59,032 bases of DNA. Source: a virus. Its lineage: Duplodnaviria; Caudoviricetes. The stretch covers positions 1 through 59,032 of IMG/VR virus record IMGVR_UViG_3300025767_000019; one strand, given 5' to 3'. This document shows, in pieces, positions 1-9,875 of the stretch; position 1 is the first letter of the stretch; each line of letters starts with the position of its first letter. Position numbers and translations under genes: made by a program. The notes below the pieces were generated by a model that ran no database searches, was not told where the DNA came from, and was given only the letters and a program-made list of their open reading frames with translations.

Positions 1-1
1 G

Positions 2-445
2 ATTATCTCTGGCGACAAGGACTTCGTGCAGCTTCAAAAGTTTCCTAACATTGCTCAGTACTCTCCTGTTCAACGCAAGTTCATTAAGACAGACAACCCA
101 CGTAAACAACTGATGGAGCTAATCCTAAAGGGTGATACATCCGATGGTGTACCCAACGTCCTATCTCCGGACAATACATTTGTTGATAAGATTCGTCAAA
201 CTGCCCTTCGTCAACCTGTTATAGATAAGATGATAGACGATCCAAATTCAATGGGCGAAGGTGTATATCGCAACTTCTTACGCAACAAAAAGTTGATAGA
301 TTTGGCAGAAACTCCCGATCGTCTAAAACAAGAAATTATAAATAAATTTCATGAGGAACCTATTGGGAAGAAGGGTGATGTATTGCCCTATCTCATTTCT
401 AAAAAATGTCGACAATTGGTCGAGTGCGTTGGAGATTTTGTTTAA
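2..445 (+). CDS. rnh: T4-like RNase H / 5'-3' exonuclease, C-terminal part (5' truncated by window)
   Basis: Frame open from base 2: IISGDKDFVQLQK...LKGDTSDGVPNVLS...RNKKLIDL, the FEN/T4 RNase H motifs. Confidence 0.92.
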   Translation: MISGDKDFVQLQKFPNIAQYSPVQRKFIKTDNPRKQLMELILKGDTSDGVPNVLSPDNTFVDKIRQTALRQPVIDKMIDDPNSMGEGVYRNFLRNKKLIDLAETPDRLKQEIINKFHEEPIGKKGDVLPYLISKKCRQLVECVGDFV

Positions 446-446
446 T

Positions 447-878
447 ATGGCTTATAAAAACACCTTGCTAGTCTATGAAGTATTTGAAAAAGTAGGCAAG
501 GCAACTAAACGAGAAGATAAAATTAAAATTCTTCGTGAAAACGATACCATTGCTCTCAGAGATGTTCTGCAGGGTATGTACGACAGTCGAGTGTCGTGGC
601 TTCTGCCCGCGGGCTCTCCCCCTCCCTACGAACCAGCTGATGAGCGCACTGCTCCGTCCAACCTCCTTGGTCAGAACAAACAGTTCACGTACTTCGTCAA
701 GGGTGGCAAGGGAGATAACATCAAACCTCTCAAACGCGAATCAATATTCATCAGACTATTAGAGTCTATTCACCCCAAGGATGCTGAGCTGCTTATTAGC
801 ATGATTAATAGAAAAGCTCCAGCTAAAACAGTAACACTAAAACTTGTAGAGGAGGCCTTTCCTAATCTTATCCGTTAA
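447..878 (+). CDS. conserved hypothetical protein of T4-like phages
   Basis: ATG 447 directly after the rnh stop; LP-G-PPY...KRESIFIRLLESIHPKDAELL pattern typical of the gene following rnh. Confidence 0.75.
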   Translation: MAYKNTLLVYEVFEKVGKATKREDKIKILRENDTIALRDVLQGMYDSRVSWLLPAGSPPPYEPADERTAPSNLLGQNKQFTYFVKGGKGDNIKPLKRESIFIRLLESIHPKDAELLISMINRKAPAKTVTLKLVEEAFPNLIR

Positions 879-907
879 CAACATGCTTAACTTATAAAGG
901 AGATTGC

Positions 908-1072
908 ATGCCCGTATCCCAGCTAGACAGACTTAGACAAGACATTTCAGAATTAGATCAATACATTGAAAGGCTTGTCGAAAAAGGTAAACAGGACTTA
1001 GTTTTAAAACTAAGAAAGAAGAGAGCTTTTTTGAGCTCATATGTAGCTGAACGAGAAACCGCAACGCAATAA
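908..1072 (+). CDS. small coiled-coil hypothetical protein (54 aa, MPVSQLDRLRQDISELD...)
   Basis: AAGGGAG SD, ATG 908 to TAA 1072; fills the intergenic gap; not in ORF track. Confidence 0.65.
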   Translation: MPVSQLDRLRQDISELDQYIERLVEKGKQDLVLKLRKKRAFLSSYVAERETATQ

Positions 1073-1084
1073 AATAATTAGGAG

Positions 1085-1106
1085 AGTGGCTGGGAAACCA
1101 GCCACT
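1085..1106 (+). promoter_or_regulatory. 9-bp GAAA-tetraloop hairpin between SD and start codon
   Basis: AGGAG then AGTGGCTGG-GAAA-CCAGCCACT, then ATG at 1117. Confidence 0.6.
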
Positions 1107-1116
1107 AGTGACTGCA

Positions 1117-1353
1117 ATGCCAACATATCTAATGATAAACAAAGAGACGCGTGAAGAAAAGGAAATGTTTCTTTCCATCTCTGCCCGTGAAGAATTCTTA
1201 AACAACAATCCCGAGTGGGAGTCTGGAATCACAGTACCTATGGGGTTTGTAAGTGATTCAAAGACATCATTACGCAAAGCCGGCTCTGGCTGGAGTGATC
1301 ATCTTAATCGAATGAAAAGTGGCTCAGGCTACACCAATACAATTAAAACATGA
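1117..1353 (+). CDS. FmdB-like small regulatory protein of T4-like phages
   Basis: MPTY...ETREEKE...L.NNP.W...GWSDHL.R.K pattern; lies upstream of phoH. Confidence 0.65.
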   Translation: MPTYLMINKETREEKEMFLSISAREEFLNNNPEWESGITVPMGFVSDSKTSLRKAGSGWSDHLNRMKSGSGYTNTIKT

Positions 1354-2087
1354 CATCAAAAAAACACAGAATGGAGCAGGCTGAAAATTCAAGTCGTTCT
1401 AAGAATAATTCAATGACAGTTCGTATTGATGATCTACGAACATTTGAACCAATCACACAGAATCAAGCAATTGCTTTCCAGGCATGGGATGAAGGAGATA
1501 ACCTTGTCCTGGCCGGATCGGCTGGTACAGGTAAAACATTCATTGCCATGTACCTGGCACTTGAAGAGGTTCTTGATCCCTCATTCCCTCAAGACAAAAT
1601 TGTGCTCATTAGGTCTATGGTTCCTACTCGGGATGTGGGATTCTTGCCTGGTACTCTTGAAGAGAAACAAGAGGCATATATTTCCTTATACAAATCTATG
1701 TGCTCCGAGTTGTTTGGTGACAACGTGTCATACAACAAGATGATTTCTGCTAAGCAACTTCAATTCGAATCGACCTCGTATATCCGCGGATCCACATTTA
1801 ATAATGCTATTATCATTGTTGATGAGATGCAGAATTTAAACTTCCATGAGCTTGACTCGGTTATTACTCGGGTAGGTAAGAACAGCAAGATTATTTTTAG
1901 CGGTGATTATTATCAATCGGATTTTCGATTTAAAGATGAGAAAGAAGGCATCTTTAAATTTTTATCGATTATTGAACAGCTCAAGGGCTTCACAGTTGTA
2001 AACTATGGCTGGGACGATATTGTTCGCTCTGGTTTAGTTCGCGACTATATTATGACAAAAGAAATGTTAGGAATTACAAATGATTAA
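1350..2087 (+). CDS. phoH: PhoH-like ATPase
   Basis: GSAGTGKT Walker A, GFLPG, RGSTF, IIVDEMQN, GDYYQSD, DIVRSGLV. Confidence 0.96.
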   Translation: MTSKKHRMEQAENSSRSKNNSMTVRIDDLRTFEPITQNQAIAFQAWDEGDNLVLAGSAGTGKTFIAMYLALEEVLDPSFPQDKIVLIRSMVPTRDVGFLPGTLEEKQEAYISLYKSMCSELFGDNVSYNKMISAKQLQFESTSYIRGSTFNNAIIIVDEMQNLNFHELDSVITRVGKNSKIIFSGDYYQSDFRFKDEKEGIFKFLSIIEQLKGFTVVNYGWDDIVRSGLVRDYIMTKEMLGITND

Positions 2088-2331
2088 AATTTATGGCAAA
2101 GATTGGTGTCCTTATTGTACCATGGCGCAAGACCTAGCGACCACCCATGGACTGAAATATGAATATGTTGACATCGAAACAAATGATCAGGCTCTTCAAG
2201 AGTATAAAACTAATTTTCCTGATCTCACCTCGGTTCCACAGATTGTGTGGGCAGGGAGACATGTAGGGGGGTATGATGACTTTGCTTTAGAAGTTGAGAA
2301 TACCAGAGCATATGGACAAGAGGCATTGTAG
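2080..2331 (+). CDS. glutaredoxin
   Basis: CPYC active site, SVPQI, VGGYDD. Confidence 0.93.
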   Translation: MIKIYGKDWCPYCTMAQDLATTHGLKYEYVDIETNDQALQEYKTNFPDLTSVPQIVWAGRHVGGYDDFALEVENTRAYGQEAL

Positions 2332-2339
2332 AGGTAAAT

Positions 2340-2525
2340 ATGGCCAAGTTTAGTCGTTTCGATCCCAGTAATAAGAAACGTGTGAAAGACAAGTACGAAT
2401 CTCGGGATCGGGATTCGAGGTTTGAAAAAACTAATCGCCAAGCGCGCAATCATCACAATCGACAGCATTTGGTGGCAGACGCTGAGGTATATTTTGCAAA
2501 ATCAAAAGAGCTTGATATGACCTAG
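2340..2525 (+). CDS. small basic hypothetical protein
   Basis: GAGG SD; MAKFSRFDPSNKKR start. Confidence 0.65.
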   Translation: MAKFSRFDPSNKKRVKDKYESRDRDSRFEKTNRQARNHHNRQHLVADAEVYFAKSKELDMT

Positions 2526-2554
2526 TTGATTGTCACTGTGTAATATATTATAAT
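2526..2554 (+). promoter_or_regulatory. sigma70-type promoter for the HAD/glycosyltransferase operon
   Basis: TTGATT-N17-TATAAT, followed by GGAG SD and ATG 2574. Confidence 0.7.
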
Positions 2555-2573
2555 ATTTAATTATGGAGAAATT

Positions 2574-3152
2574 ATGAGTAATGTGATATTGACAGATGTT
2601 GATGGAGTCCTATTGAACTGGGAGTATGCATTCGATGTGTGGATGCTACGGAAGGGATACCGCCCAGCAACTAGCGCGTATACTGCTTATCAAATCGGTG
2701 AGCGCTATAAAATAACTCCCAAGCTATCCAGAGAGCTAATCCGCTACTTTAACGAGTCAGCTGCGATAGGCTTTCTTCCTCCTCTGCGAGATGCAATTCA
2801 CTACGTTCGAAAGCTACACGAAGAGTGTGGATATGTATTCCACGTGATTACTTCGTTGTCTGATGATACCGCATCCAGCGCTCTACGTACGATGAACTTG
2901 AAGAAGTTGTTCGGCGATACTGTATTTGAAAAGTTCGTGTTTTTAGATACAGGAGCTGATAAGGATAAGGAACTTGCTAAGTACAAGGATACGGGTTACT
3001 GGTGGGTAGAAGACAAGTTTGAGAATGCCGTTGAAGGTGCTAAACACGGTCTGCAGCCTCTGGTGATGGAACATGGATATAATATGCACAAGAAGCAGTT
3101 TCCTCTGATGAAGAATTGGAAACATGTGTATGAGACAGTGACGGGATTATAA
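2574..3152 (+). CDS. HAD-family phosphatase (5'(3')-deoxyribonucleotidase-like)
   Basis: ILTDVDGVL motif I, VITS motif II, K, WVEDK motif IV. Confidence 0.82.
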   Translation: MSNVILTDVDGVLLNWEYAFDVWMLRKGYRPATSAYTAYQIGERYKITPKLSRELIRYFNESAAIGFLPPLRDAIHYVRKLHEECGYVFHVITSLSDDTASSALRTMNLKKLFGDTVFEKFVFLDTGADKDKELAKYKDTGYWWVEDKFENAVEGAKHGLQPLVMEHGYNMHKKQFPLMKNWKHVYETVTGL

Positions 3153-3153
3153 G

Positions 3154-3939
3154 ATGAAGCGACTGATCTATCAGGTATATGTGGGCCAGCAAAAGAGACT
3201 GTATGATCATTGTACAGCGTCGGTAGCCGCCTATTGTAAAGAGCATGGTATTGATCATATTGTTCAACGCACACCCATCCTCATGATTAAACCTGACATT
3301 TTCCTGACAAACCGCAGTAAGGAGTCATATGGGAAACATGGGGGATTCCTTCCGATCTACGAGAAAGAGAATGCCTTTGCATACCTTGACCAATACGATC
3401 AAGTGTTGATCTTAGATGGAGACATTTGGATCCGACCTGGTAGCCCTAATGTATTTGATGAGTTGGATCCCGATACCGACTTTGCAGGAGTTGTAGAGAG
3501 GGAGATGCCCCTCACACAAAAATACTTTGGTAAGATTACAGGGTATTCGAAAATGCAGTATTCACCAATCACCACAGTTGATTGGAAATGGAATGAGCAT
3601 GGAGCAGAGTTCTTTAATATGGGTCTCATGTTAATGAATAGTCACATCAAGAAGTATCTAAATGGCGAGTCGCCAAGAGAGTTTTTGATGCGTCCTAGGA
3701 ATAAAGACTTTATTGATGGCATTGGAGCGTGGAAGTGGTCAACCGATCAGACGCTTTTGAATACCTGGGTTAAAGAAGAAAAAATGAACGCCAAGCATCT
3801 TAGTTGGAAATGGAATGGTTTGTTTAATGCAATTCCTCATGACAAAATGAAAGAGGCTTATTTTGTACACTTTTTTCATAAGGATATTATTCCTAATGAA
3901 GGGGAAAATATAGAAGAGTTGATGAGGCTAGTTGTATGA
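3154..3939 (+). CDS. GT-A glycosyltransferase (GT8/GT34-like)
   Basis: LILDGDI DxD motif, FFNMG, TDQTLLN, WNG, FVHF. Confidence 0.82.
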   Translation: MKRLIYQVYVGQQKRLYDHCTASVAAYCKEHGIDHIVQRTPILMIKPDIFLTNRSKESYGKHGGFLPIYEKENAFAYLDQYDQVLILDGDIWIRPGSPNVFDELDPDTDFAGVVEREMPLTQKYFGKITGYSKMQYSPITTVDWKWNEHGAEFFNMGLMLMNSHIKKYLNGESPREFLMRPRNKDFIDGIGAWKWSTDQTLLNTWVKEEKMNAKHLSWKWNGLFNAIPHDKMKEAYFVHFFHKDIIPNEGENIEELMRLVV

Positions 3940-4550
3940 AATATTTAGAAATAGCTCCCAACAAAATTCGAGGATTGAATTGGGAAGGTGTGCGAGACGT
4001 ACCAGCACCTGGTTGTATTGTTTATGATATGAGAAACCTTCCCATGGATGGTGTAGCTGATAACACATACAGTGGGGTGTACAACGAACATTTTATTGAG
4101 CATCTTGAAAAAGATGAGGGTATCAACTTCTTGAAAGAAATGTTTCGAGTGATGACACCCAGTGGTGTAATCCGCATTGTTTGGCCATCGATGGATTTTG
4201 TGGATTATCTAAAGAGCGACCGAGACTTGACTGATGACCCATTTGTAGAACACTACTATAGGGTGTATATTCAAAAGCATAAATTTGCACCCAAGGGAAC
4301 AGAACATCTATCGCCACAGCTTCAATGTGCAGAAGGCTTGTTGTGGCAACAAGGTGAACACAAGCACCTTTGGTACAAGCAAGAATTAATTGATACATTG
4401 GTTGAGCTTGGATATCAAAATGTTAAAGAAATGCCGTATAGTAAAAGTGGCCTGATGGACTTCAACAATATTGATACTCCTGGTCAGATTAGAATGTTGC
4501 ACTCAACTGTAGTAGAGGCAACCAAACCTTGGAGCAACAATTGGATATAA
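3936..4550 (+). CDS. class I SAM-dependent methyltransferase
   Basis: DMRNLPM...EHFIEHL...KEMFRVMTPSGVIRIVWP (type-11-like). Confidence 0.8.
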   Translation: MKYLEIAPNKIRGLNWEGVRDVPAPGCIVYDMRNLPMDGVADNTYSGVYNEHFIEHLEKDEGINFLKEMFRVMTPSGVIRIVWPSMDFVDYLKSDRDLTDDPFVEHYYRVYIQKHKFAPKGTEHLSPQLQCAEGLLWQQGEHKHLWYKQELIDTLVELGYQNVKEMPYSKSGLMDFNNIDTPGQIRMLHSTVVEATKPWSNNWI

Positions 4551-5209
4551 TACTTCAACATTATGCAGGACAGATGGATGAACTGTCCAAGATGTCTGTT
4601 GCTAATATTAGCTCGTATGCAGAACGCATTGGTGCATCACACCGGTTGATTCTGGGTCAGGTGTTTAATTCCAACATATCAGCTCAGTCTCAAAAATTAA
4701 TAATGCTTGATAAGCAATTTGATGAGTATGAGACGGTAGTTATGGTAGATACGGACATGTTTGCGCGCTCTGATGAAAACATCTTTGAGGCTTCGGGTAT
4801 GGGAAGGCATACAAGGATACAATCGGAGTTGGTTGAGAAGATTAGTGCTCGTCGGCCTGACCTAGCAAACAGTAATGCACCATATTGGGGAGGGGCTGTT
4901 TATAAGTTTGATCAACAAACCCGGGAGCAGCTACGCAGCGCTATTCCGGATCAGTTTACTCTAAATGAATTGGATCGAATGTTAAAAGATGAAAGCATCA
5001 TGCATTACCTTGCATGGAAGTCCGGACTTACTGTTACCGACCAGACATACTTCTCTGGTAAGTGCGGCGGCGAAGAGTGGGACATGAATAGTTTTGATAA
5101 GCCGTCAGAAGGAAATATAATTCACATTCGACCCAAGTGGACTCTTACAGGTCCCAAGGCAACCAAACTTGAAATCTACAACGACCTGGTAACCAAATGC
5201 GTAATCTAA
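4529..5209 (+). CDS. GT-A glycosyltransferase
   Basis: MVDTDMF, YWGGAVY, DE, IIHIR; related to neighbours (YAERIGA). Confidence 0.72.
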   Translation: MEQQLDIILQHYAGQMDELSKMSVANISSYAERIGASHRLILGQVFNSNISAQSQKLIMLDKQFDEYETVVMVDTDMFARSDENIFEASGMGRHTRIQSELVEKISARRPDLANSNAPYWGGAVYKFDQQTREQLRSAIPDQFTLNELDRMLKDESIMHYLAWKSGLTVTDQTYFSGKCGGEEWDMNSFDKPSEGNIIHIRPKWTLTGPKATKLEIYNDLVTKCVI

Positions 5210-5976
5210 TCTATCAATACTGGTACGGTGTACAGCCCTTCTATGCTATGGCTAGTTCAGTTAATATCAAAGCATATGCCGACCTTGTCGGTGCTGACTA
5301 TCGATGTGACATTAACAATCCCTTTATTGTAGGATCGAATGTTGAGTTCATGAACTGTCTCAGACCTATCCAGGACCCAGCATTCGATGAATACGACAAT
5401 GTGCTGTTTCTCGATATGGATATCTTTGCTACAGAGAACGCCCAGGATAACATATTCGATGTGTCGGTAGATGGTGTGGGGATGGTTCAAGAGGTATTGC
5501 AACCAGATCTACGACAAAAGTCTTCATCACGGATCAACGGAGTAAATGATAAGATCTGGGCTGCATCTGTCAAAAAAAGATTCGACATAGATGTTCCTGT
5601 CGATCACAAAAACAGACCATTGGTATACAACTCAGGTGTTGTAATGTATACAAAAGAAGCCCGTCAACAAGCCCGCCGTTGGATGAGCTATGAACAATAT
5701 AGAGGAGCTGTTACTCATCTAGATAGGTTTTATCAGTTAGATCAAAATTATTTGGGCGCGGTTGTGTTTTCTGGAGAGACCAAGTTCACAGAGCTTGACA
5801 TTAAGTGGAACTCTCAGGTATACTATACGGGAAACAATGAACCCCGGGACGTTGTTGATAACCGCGTCGACCAAACGGTGTTTGTGCATTTGCAGACACG
5901 TCCTCGCAACATTATGACAAATGACATGATTGATGACATTGTTAATAAACCGGTGAGCGAATGGAGACATAGGTGA
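5197..5976 (+). CDS. GT-A glycosyltransferase (GT8-like)
   Basis: LFLDMDIF, YNSGVV, LDQNYL, KWN, FVH. Confidence 0.82.
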   Translation: MRNLIYQYWYGVQPFYAMASSVNIKAYADLVGADYRCDINNPFIVGSNVEFMNCLRPIQDPAFDEYDNVLFLDMDIFATENAQDNIFDVSVDGVGMVQEVLQPDLRQKSSSRINGVNDKIWAASVKKRFDIDVPVDHKNRPLVYNSGVVMYTKEARQQARRWMSYEQYRGAVTHLDRFYQLDQNYLGAVVFSGETKFTELDIKWNSQVYYTGNNEPRDVVDNRVDQTVFVHLQTRPRNIMTNDMIDDIVNKPVSEWRHR

Positions 5977-6683
5977 GAACGGTGTATTGGGGAAGAGATA
6001 AGAACTTCGGTGATATCCTAACCAATGACCTGTTAAAGTATTGTGGAGTGGAATTCAAGCACAGCGAGCATACAAGGAACTCAGACACTTTTATTATTGG
6101 ATCTATAGCTCGACTAGCAAAAGCCCATGACCATGTATACGGTTCGGGTGTATATCGGAGCTCAGATAATCTCAATCCCAAAGTTAACTATCACTTTGTC
6201 CGCGGACCTCTAACGAGAGCAGCGGTGATTAAACAAGGTGGGATGTGTCCAGATGTATACGGAGATGCCGCGCTACTCCTTCCTAGGTTCTGTGAAGAAA
6301 GTGAGAAAGAATATGAGATTGGGTTTGTGCCGAATTACATTAGTATGAGAAAGTCGGCTGGTAACCGATTGCAATCCAGATATAAAGACGCCAAGATAAT
6401 TAATACTGAGAATCGAAACCCACTTGCTGTGGCTCGTGAGATTACTAAATGTAGAAAGATTATCTCCGGAAGTCTGCATGGGATTATATGTGCACACGCA
6501 TATGGCATTCCAGCTGCATATGCTGATATGGGTAAGATCTACGGAGACGGTATTAAGTTTGCCGACTATTATAAATCAGTGGGTCTGGATCAACTCACGT
6601 CCACAATTGACACCCCCATATACACGGACATTAAAACCCAGCCGGATTTGGATTTGATAGAACAGCTTTTGAAAAGTATGTAA
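5973..6683 (+). CDS. polysaccharide pyruvyltransferase (ExoV-like)
   Basis: NFGD, IGSI, VRGPLT, YGDAALLLP, SGSLHG..AHAYGIP, KFADYY. Confidence 0.88.
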   Translation: MRTVYWGRDKNFGDILTNDLLKYCGVEFKHSEHTRNSDTFIIGSIARLAKAHDHVYGSGVYRSSDNLNPKVNYHFVRGPLTRAAVIKQGGMCPDVYGDAALLLPRFCEESEKEYEIGFVPNYISMRKSAGNRLQSRYKDAKIINTENRNPLAVAREITKCRKIISGSLHGIICAHAYGIPAAYADMGKIYGDGIKFADYYKSVGLDQLTSTIDTPIYTDIKTQPDLDLIEQLLKSM

Positions 6684-6697
6684 AGGGAAACAGTATA

Positions 6698-7288
6698 ATG
6701 CTAACAGCAAAATTAGATCACGTTGAAACCGTAGAAGAATTCTACAGAGAGATACGATCTCAACAAGAAGCTCATCATGGAGCTGATTATTGTGCTATGC
6801 ACGACGCTATGCGTAAGTTAATGAAAGAGTGTAAATCCTATAAGGAGATTGGTACTCATCAAGGAGGGTCTGCAGCTGCAATTCTATCGGGTGAGTATCT
6901 GCCTGAGTATATGGAGTTGATTGATATTAATCACGAGAAATATCGGTGGAAGCTAAAGGCTCTGGCGGAGCCATTTTGTGAAGCGAATAACATTCGTCTT
7001 GTTGTCCAGGATGTGGATTCAAGCAGCTTGGCCTCCATGTCAGGAGAGGTTGTGGATATGCTAATGATTGATTCATTGCACAAGCGATATCACATGGAGA
7101 AAGAACTTAAAATTCATGCTGGCTATGCGCGCAAGTATATCGTAGCTCACGATACCTCAATCTGCCAAGACTCTGCACCAGACGCTCTGTTCCAATGTTT
7201 GACAGACTTCTGTGCTGCAAACCCCGAGTGGAAAATTATTGAACGCGGAACAACTAATGTAGGCTACACCGTATTAAAGAAAGATTGA
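6698..7288 (+). CDS. SAM-dependent methyltransferase (Methyltransf_24-like)
   Basis: EIGTHQGGS, MLMIDSLH, IVAHDT. Confidence 0.82.
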   Translation: MLTAKLDHVETVEEFYREIRSQQEAHHGADYCAMHDAMRKLMKECKSYKEIGTHQGGSAAAILSGEYLPEYMELIDINHEKYRWKLKALAEPFCEANNIRLVVQDVDSSSLASMSGEVVDMLMIDSLHKRYHMEKELKIHAGYARKYIVAHDTSICQDSAPDALFQCLTDFCAANPEWKIIERGTTNVGYTVLKKD

Positions 7289-7289
7289 G

Positions 7290-8000
7290 ATGCAAACATT
7301 TGCAATAGTGATTAGAGGCAATACTATATCAGAAGCAGCCTTTGAGACGTTACAAAGTAGTCCTCATGGCCTCAACCCAGACAGGTTTAATGTAATCGAT
7401 CGGTTTGATGCCATTACATCCAACGACGTGGACGTCGTTATGGAAGAGGAGGGATTGGAGTGGAACTACCCTTGGTCAGGTCGTCAAATAGACTTTAGTA
7501 CAGGTCTAATCAAGAGCGCCTATCCAACCACCGTCCGCAACGCTCGTATTGCATGCGCACTCAGTCATTATATGCTATGGAAGAAGTGCCGCGATAGTAA
7601 TGAGCAAATGTTGATCCTTGAGCACGATGCTCAGTTTATGGAACCTCTTCCCGACGAGACTGTACAAGAGTTTTATGACTCAAGTGCATTGATCGCTAGC
7701 ATCAACAGTCCTTTAGGAGCCACAAGGAAGGCGACGTTGTACCACACAAAGATACGTCAGTCTCACGGCAACTTTGTGCCTGTGCCGGAAATTGATGACA
7801 TGAAGATTCCCCAGGGTCTTCCTGGCAACTCAGCATACATGATTAAGCCAGCAGGCGCTCAAGCTATGATTGATCTTGTGGCTAACTTTGGTTTGTGGCC
7901 CAACGACGCCATTATGTGTAGACAGCTAATCCACGGTCTTTATTGCTCAGCTAGATACTATACAAGAGTTCAAGGAACGCAATCTACAACTACATTATGA
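7290..8000 (+). CDS. glycosyltransferase family 25
   Basis: RFDAI, ACALSHYMLW, LILEHDA, AYMIKPAGA. Confidence 0.88.
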   Translation: MQTFAIVIRGNTISEAAFETLQSSPHGLNPDRFNVIDRFDAITSNDVDVVMEEEGLEWNYPWSGRQIDFSTGLIKSAYPTTVRNARIACALSHYMLWKKCRDSNEQMLILEHDAQFMEPLPDETVQEFYDSSALIASINSPLGATRKATLYHTKIRQSHGNFVPVPEIDDMKIPQGLPGNSAYMIKPAGAQAMIDLVANFGLWPNDAIMCRQLIHGLYCSARYYTRVQGTQSTTTL

Positions 8001-8638
8001 AGAATTATGTTATTACAATTTTCCACAACCCAAAGTCTGTGGAGGCAGCTGAAAGATGTATTAGCTCAGCTGCTTATCACGGACTCCAGGTGGAAAAGTT
8101 TGAGGCTATCACTCCTCGCTTAAACATAGAGGCGCTGTGCCGACAGTATAAAATAAACCCTGTGCGATTTGTCGAGCAATACTCTCGTACCCCAAACTGT
8201 ATTGCTGCATTCCTTTCCCATTACACATTGTGGCGAAAGTGTATTGAGGACAACGAAGAATACACAATCTTTGAACACGACGCGCATGTCACCACCCCTA
8301 TCCCCGATGACTTGAGGTACGATGCGGTTGTTAATCTTGGCATGCCGTCATACGGCAGGTTCAATCACCCCACATTTGGTGTGGGTCCACTAGTATCCAA
8401 AAGGTACTTCCCAGGAGCCCATGCGTATCGCTTGAATCCTCGAGGTGCGGCTGCTCTCGTTAAAACCGCTGAAACTCAAGCTGAGCCTACTGATGTATAC
8501 CTCAGCTTCAAGCGGTTCCCGTTCCTTCAAGAATACTATCCGTGGCCCGTGGAGGCAAGGGATCAATTTACAACTATCCAAACAAAGGTTGGATGTATAG
8601 CAAAACACAATTATAATAGTACCTATGAGATACTCTAA
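7997..8638 (+). CDS. glycosyltransferase family 25
   Basis: KFEAI, AFLSHYTLW, IFEHDA, GAHAYRLNPRGA. Confidence 0.88.
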   Translation: MKNYVITIFHNPKSVEAAERCISSAAYHGLQVEKFEAITPRLNIEALCRQYKINPVRFVEQYSRTPNCIAAFLSHYTLWRKCIEDNEEYTIFEHDAHVTTPIPDDLRYDAVVNLGMPSYGRFNHPTFGVGPLVSKRYFPGAHAYRLNPRGAAALVKTAETQAEPTDVYLSFKRFPFLQEYYPWPVEARDQFTTIQTKVGCIAKHNYNSTYEIL

Positions 8639-9272
8639 TATGTTTGTTACTGGGTGTGATTTTAATACTCAGTGGCAGCTTCCCTTTTTTGTAGAGCATT
8701 ACAAAAAATATAATGACACACCTGTGGTAGTGGCTGACTTTGGTATGACTGGTGACACCCTACAGTTTTTACGAGACAATAATATTCCTGTGCTATCGAA
8801 TGAGGCGATCTATGCCAAGGGATGGTTTGCCAAGCCGCGCACTATGCAACTGGCGGCAGGTATGACCGATCGCTGGTGTTGGATTGATACAGATTGCCAA
8901 ACTCTGGGAGACATCAGCGGGATCTTTGATATGGTCGAATCTAATAAATTGGCTATGGTAGAAGACAAACCCTGGTCAAAACGCCGCGGAGAGAAGTGGC
9001 ATAACTCAGGGGTGGTTGCTGGCGAAGGTATTCCTACTATCCTTAGAAAATGGACAGAAGAGGTAGAGCGCAACCCACAGGTGGGAGACCAAGAGGTGCT
9101 TCATACAATGATTCGTGAGGGAATTAATAGACTTATACATATTACCGACCTGCCCAACAAATACAATTGGTTGAGGATACAGGTAGTGGATGGTGATGAT
9201 GATCCTACCAAGTTGGTAATGCATCACACCGGTCAAAAAGGAAATAATGAAATAATGAGGCTAATGAAATGA
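8625..9272 (+). CDS. GT-A glycosyltransferase (nucleotide-diphospho-sugar transferase)
   Basis: DFG, WFAKP, WIDTD, NSGVV, GDQEVL, YNW, HHTG. Confidence 0.8.
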   Translation: MRYSNMFVTGCDFNTQWQLPFFVEHYKKYNDTPVVVADFGMTGDTLQFLRDNNIPVLSNEAIYAKGWFAKPRTMQLAAGMTDRWCWIDTDCQTLGDISGIFDMVESNKLAMVEDKPWSKRRGEKWHNSGVVAGEGIPTILRKWTEEVERNPQVGDQEVLHTMIREGINRLIHITDLPNKYNWLRIQVVDGDDDPTKLVMHHTGQKGNNEIMRLMK

Positions 9273-9871
9273 ATAGAGTCGCTCATCTAATCGGCAATGG
9301 TGATAACGCCCTGCTGTATAAACCAGCTCCGGGTCTCAAGTTCGCGTGCAACGTTCCTCCGTTCCACATCGAGGATATGTACGCAACGTTTATCGTAGAC
9401 TTTAAGATGTGTAAAGCAATCCAGGAAGGCAGTGTATTACCTCCTGGGGAGTGGATCTGTGGCGCACGGCCCAAGAAGTTTTCGGAGATGCATCCTGGAT
9501 GGTATATGAAGTATGCTCAGAACATCAAGACCTTCTATTTGACGCTGCCAAAGTATGCAGAGAACTACACTGATTTTAATTGTGGTCATATGGGTGCGCA
9601 TTACATAGCTAGTCGAATTAAACCAGACGAGATTAATTTATATGGATTTGATTCAATGTTTGATCTTAATTTGAGATCTTATTCAGATACCATTTTAAAT
9701 TCCGATCGAGGAAATATGAATAATGTTCGGTTAAGTAATAATTGGAGATCTATTTGGCCAAAAATGTTTGAAGAGTTTCCTAACATTAAATGGAGATTAC
9801 ATCATAAGCACGATGCAATTAAATTCCCAATACCCAGTAATGTGGAAATAGTAGTACACAGCAGGAAATGA
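9269..9871 (+). CDS. putative sugar/glycan transferase (sialyltransferase/MAF-like fold)
   Basis: LIGNG...ACN...D...NCG..A...INLYGFD pattern; last gene of the glyco operon. Confidence 0.5.
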   Translation: MNRVAHLIGNGDNALLYKPAPGLKFACNVPPFHIEDMYATFIVDFKMCKAIQEGSVLPPGEWICGARPKKFSEMHPGWYMKYAQNIKTFYLTLPKYAENYTDFNCGHMGAHYIASRIKPDEINLYGFDSMFDLNLRSYSDTILNSDRGNMNNVRLSNNWRSIWPKMFEEFPNIKWRLHHKHDAIKFPIPSNVEIVVHSRK

Positions 9872-9875
9872 TAAT

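Noticed and set aside
3154-9871. Glycosyltransferases as T4-style DNA (hmC) glucosyltransferases or Gtr seroconversion genes
   Set aside because: Motifs are GT-A/GT25 rather than the GT-B agt/bgt type; no hydroxymethylase or membrane Gtr genes here, though they cannot be excluded elsewhere in the genome
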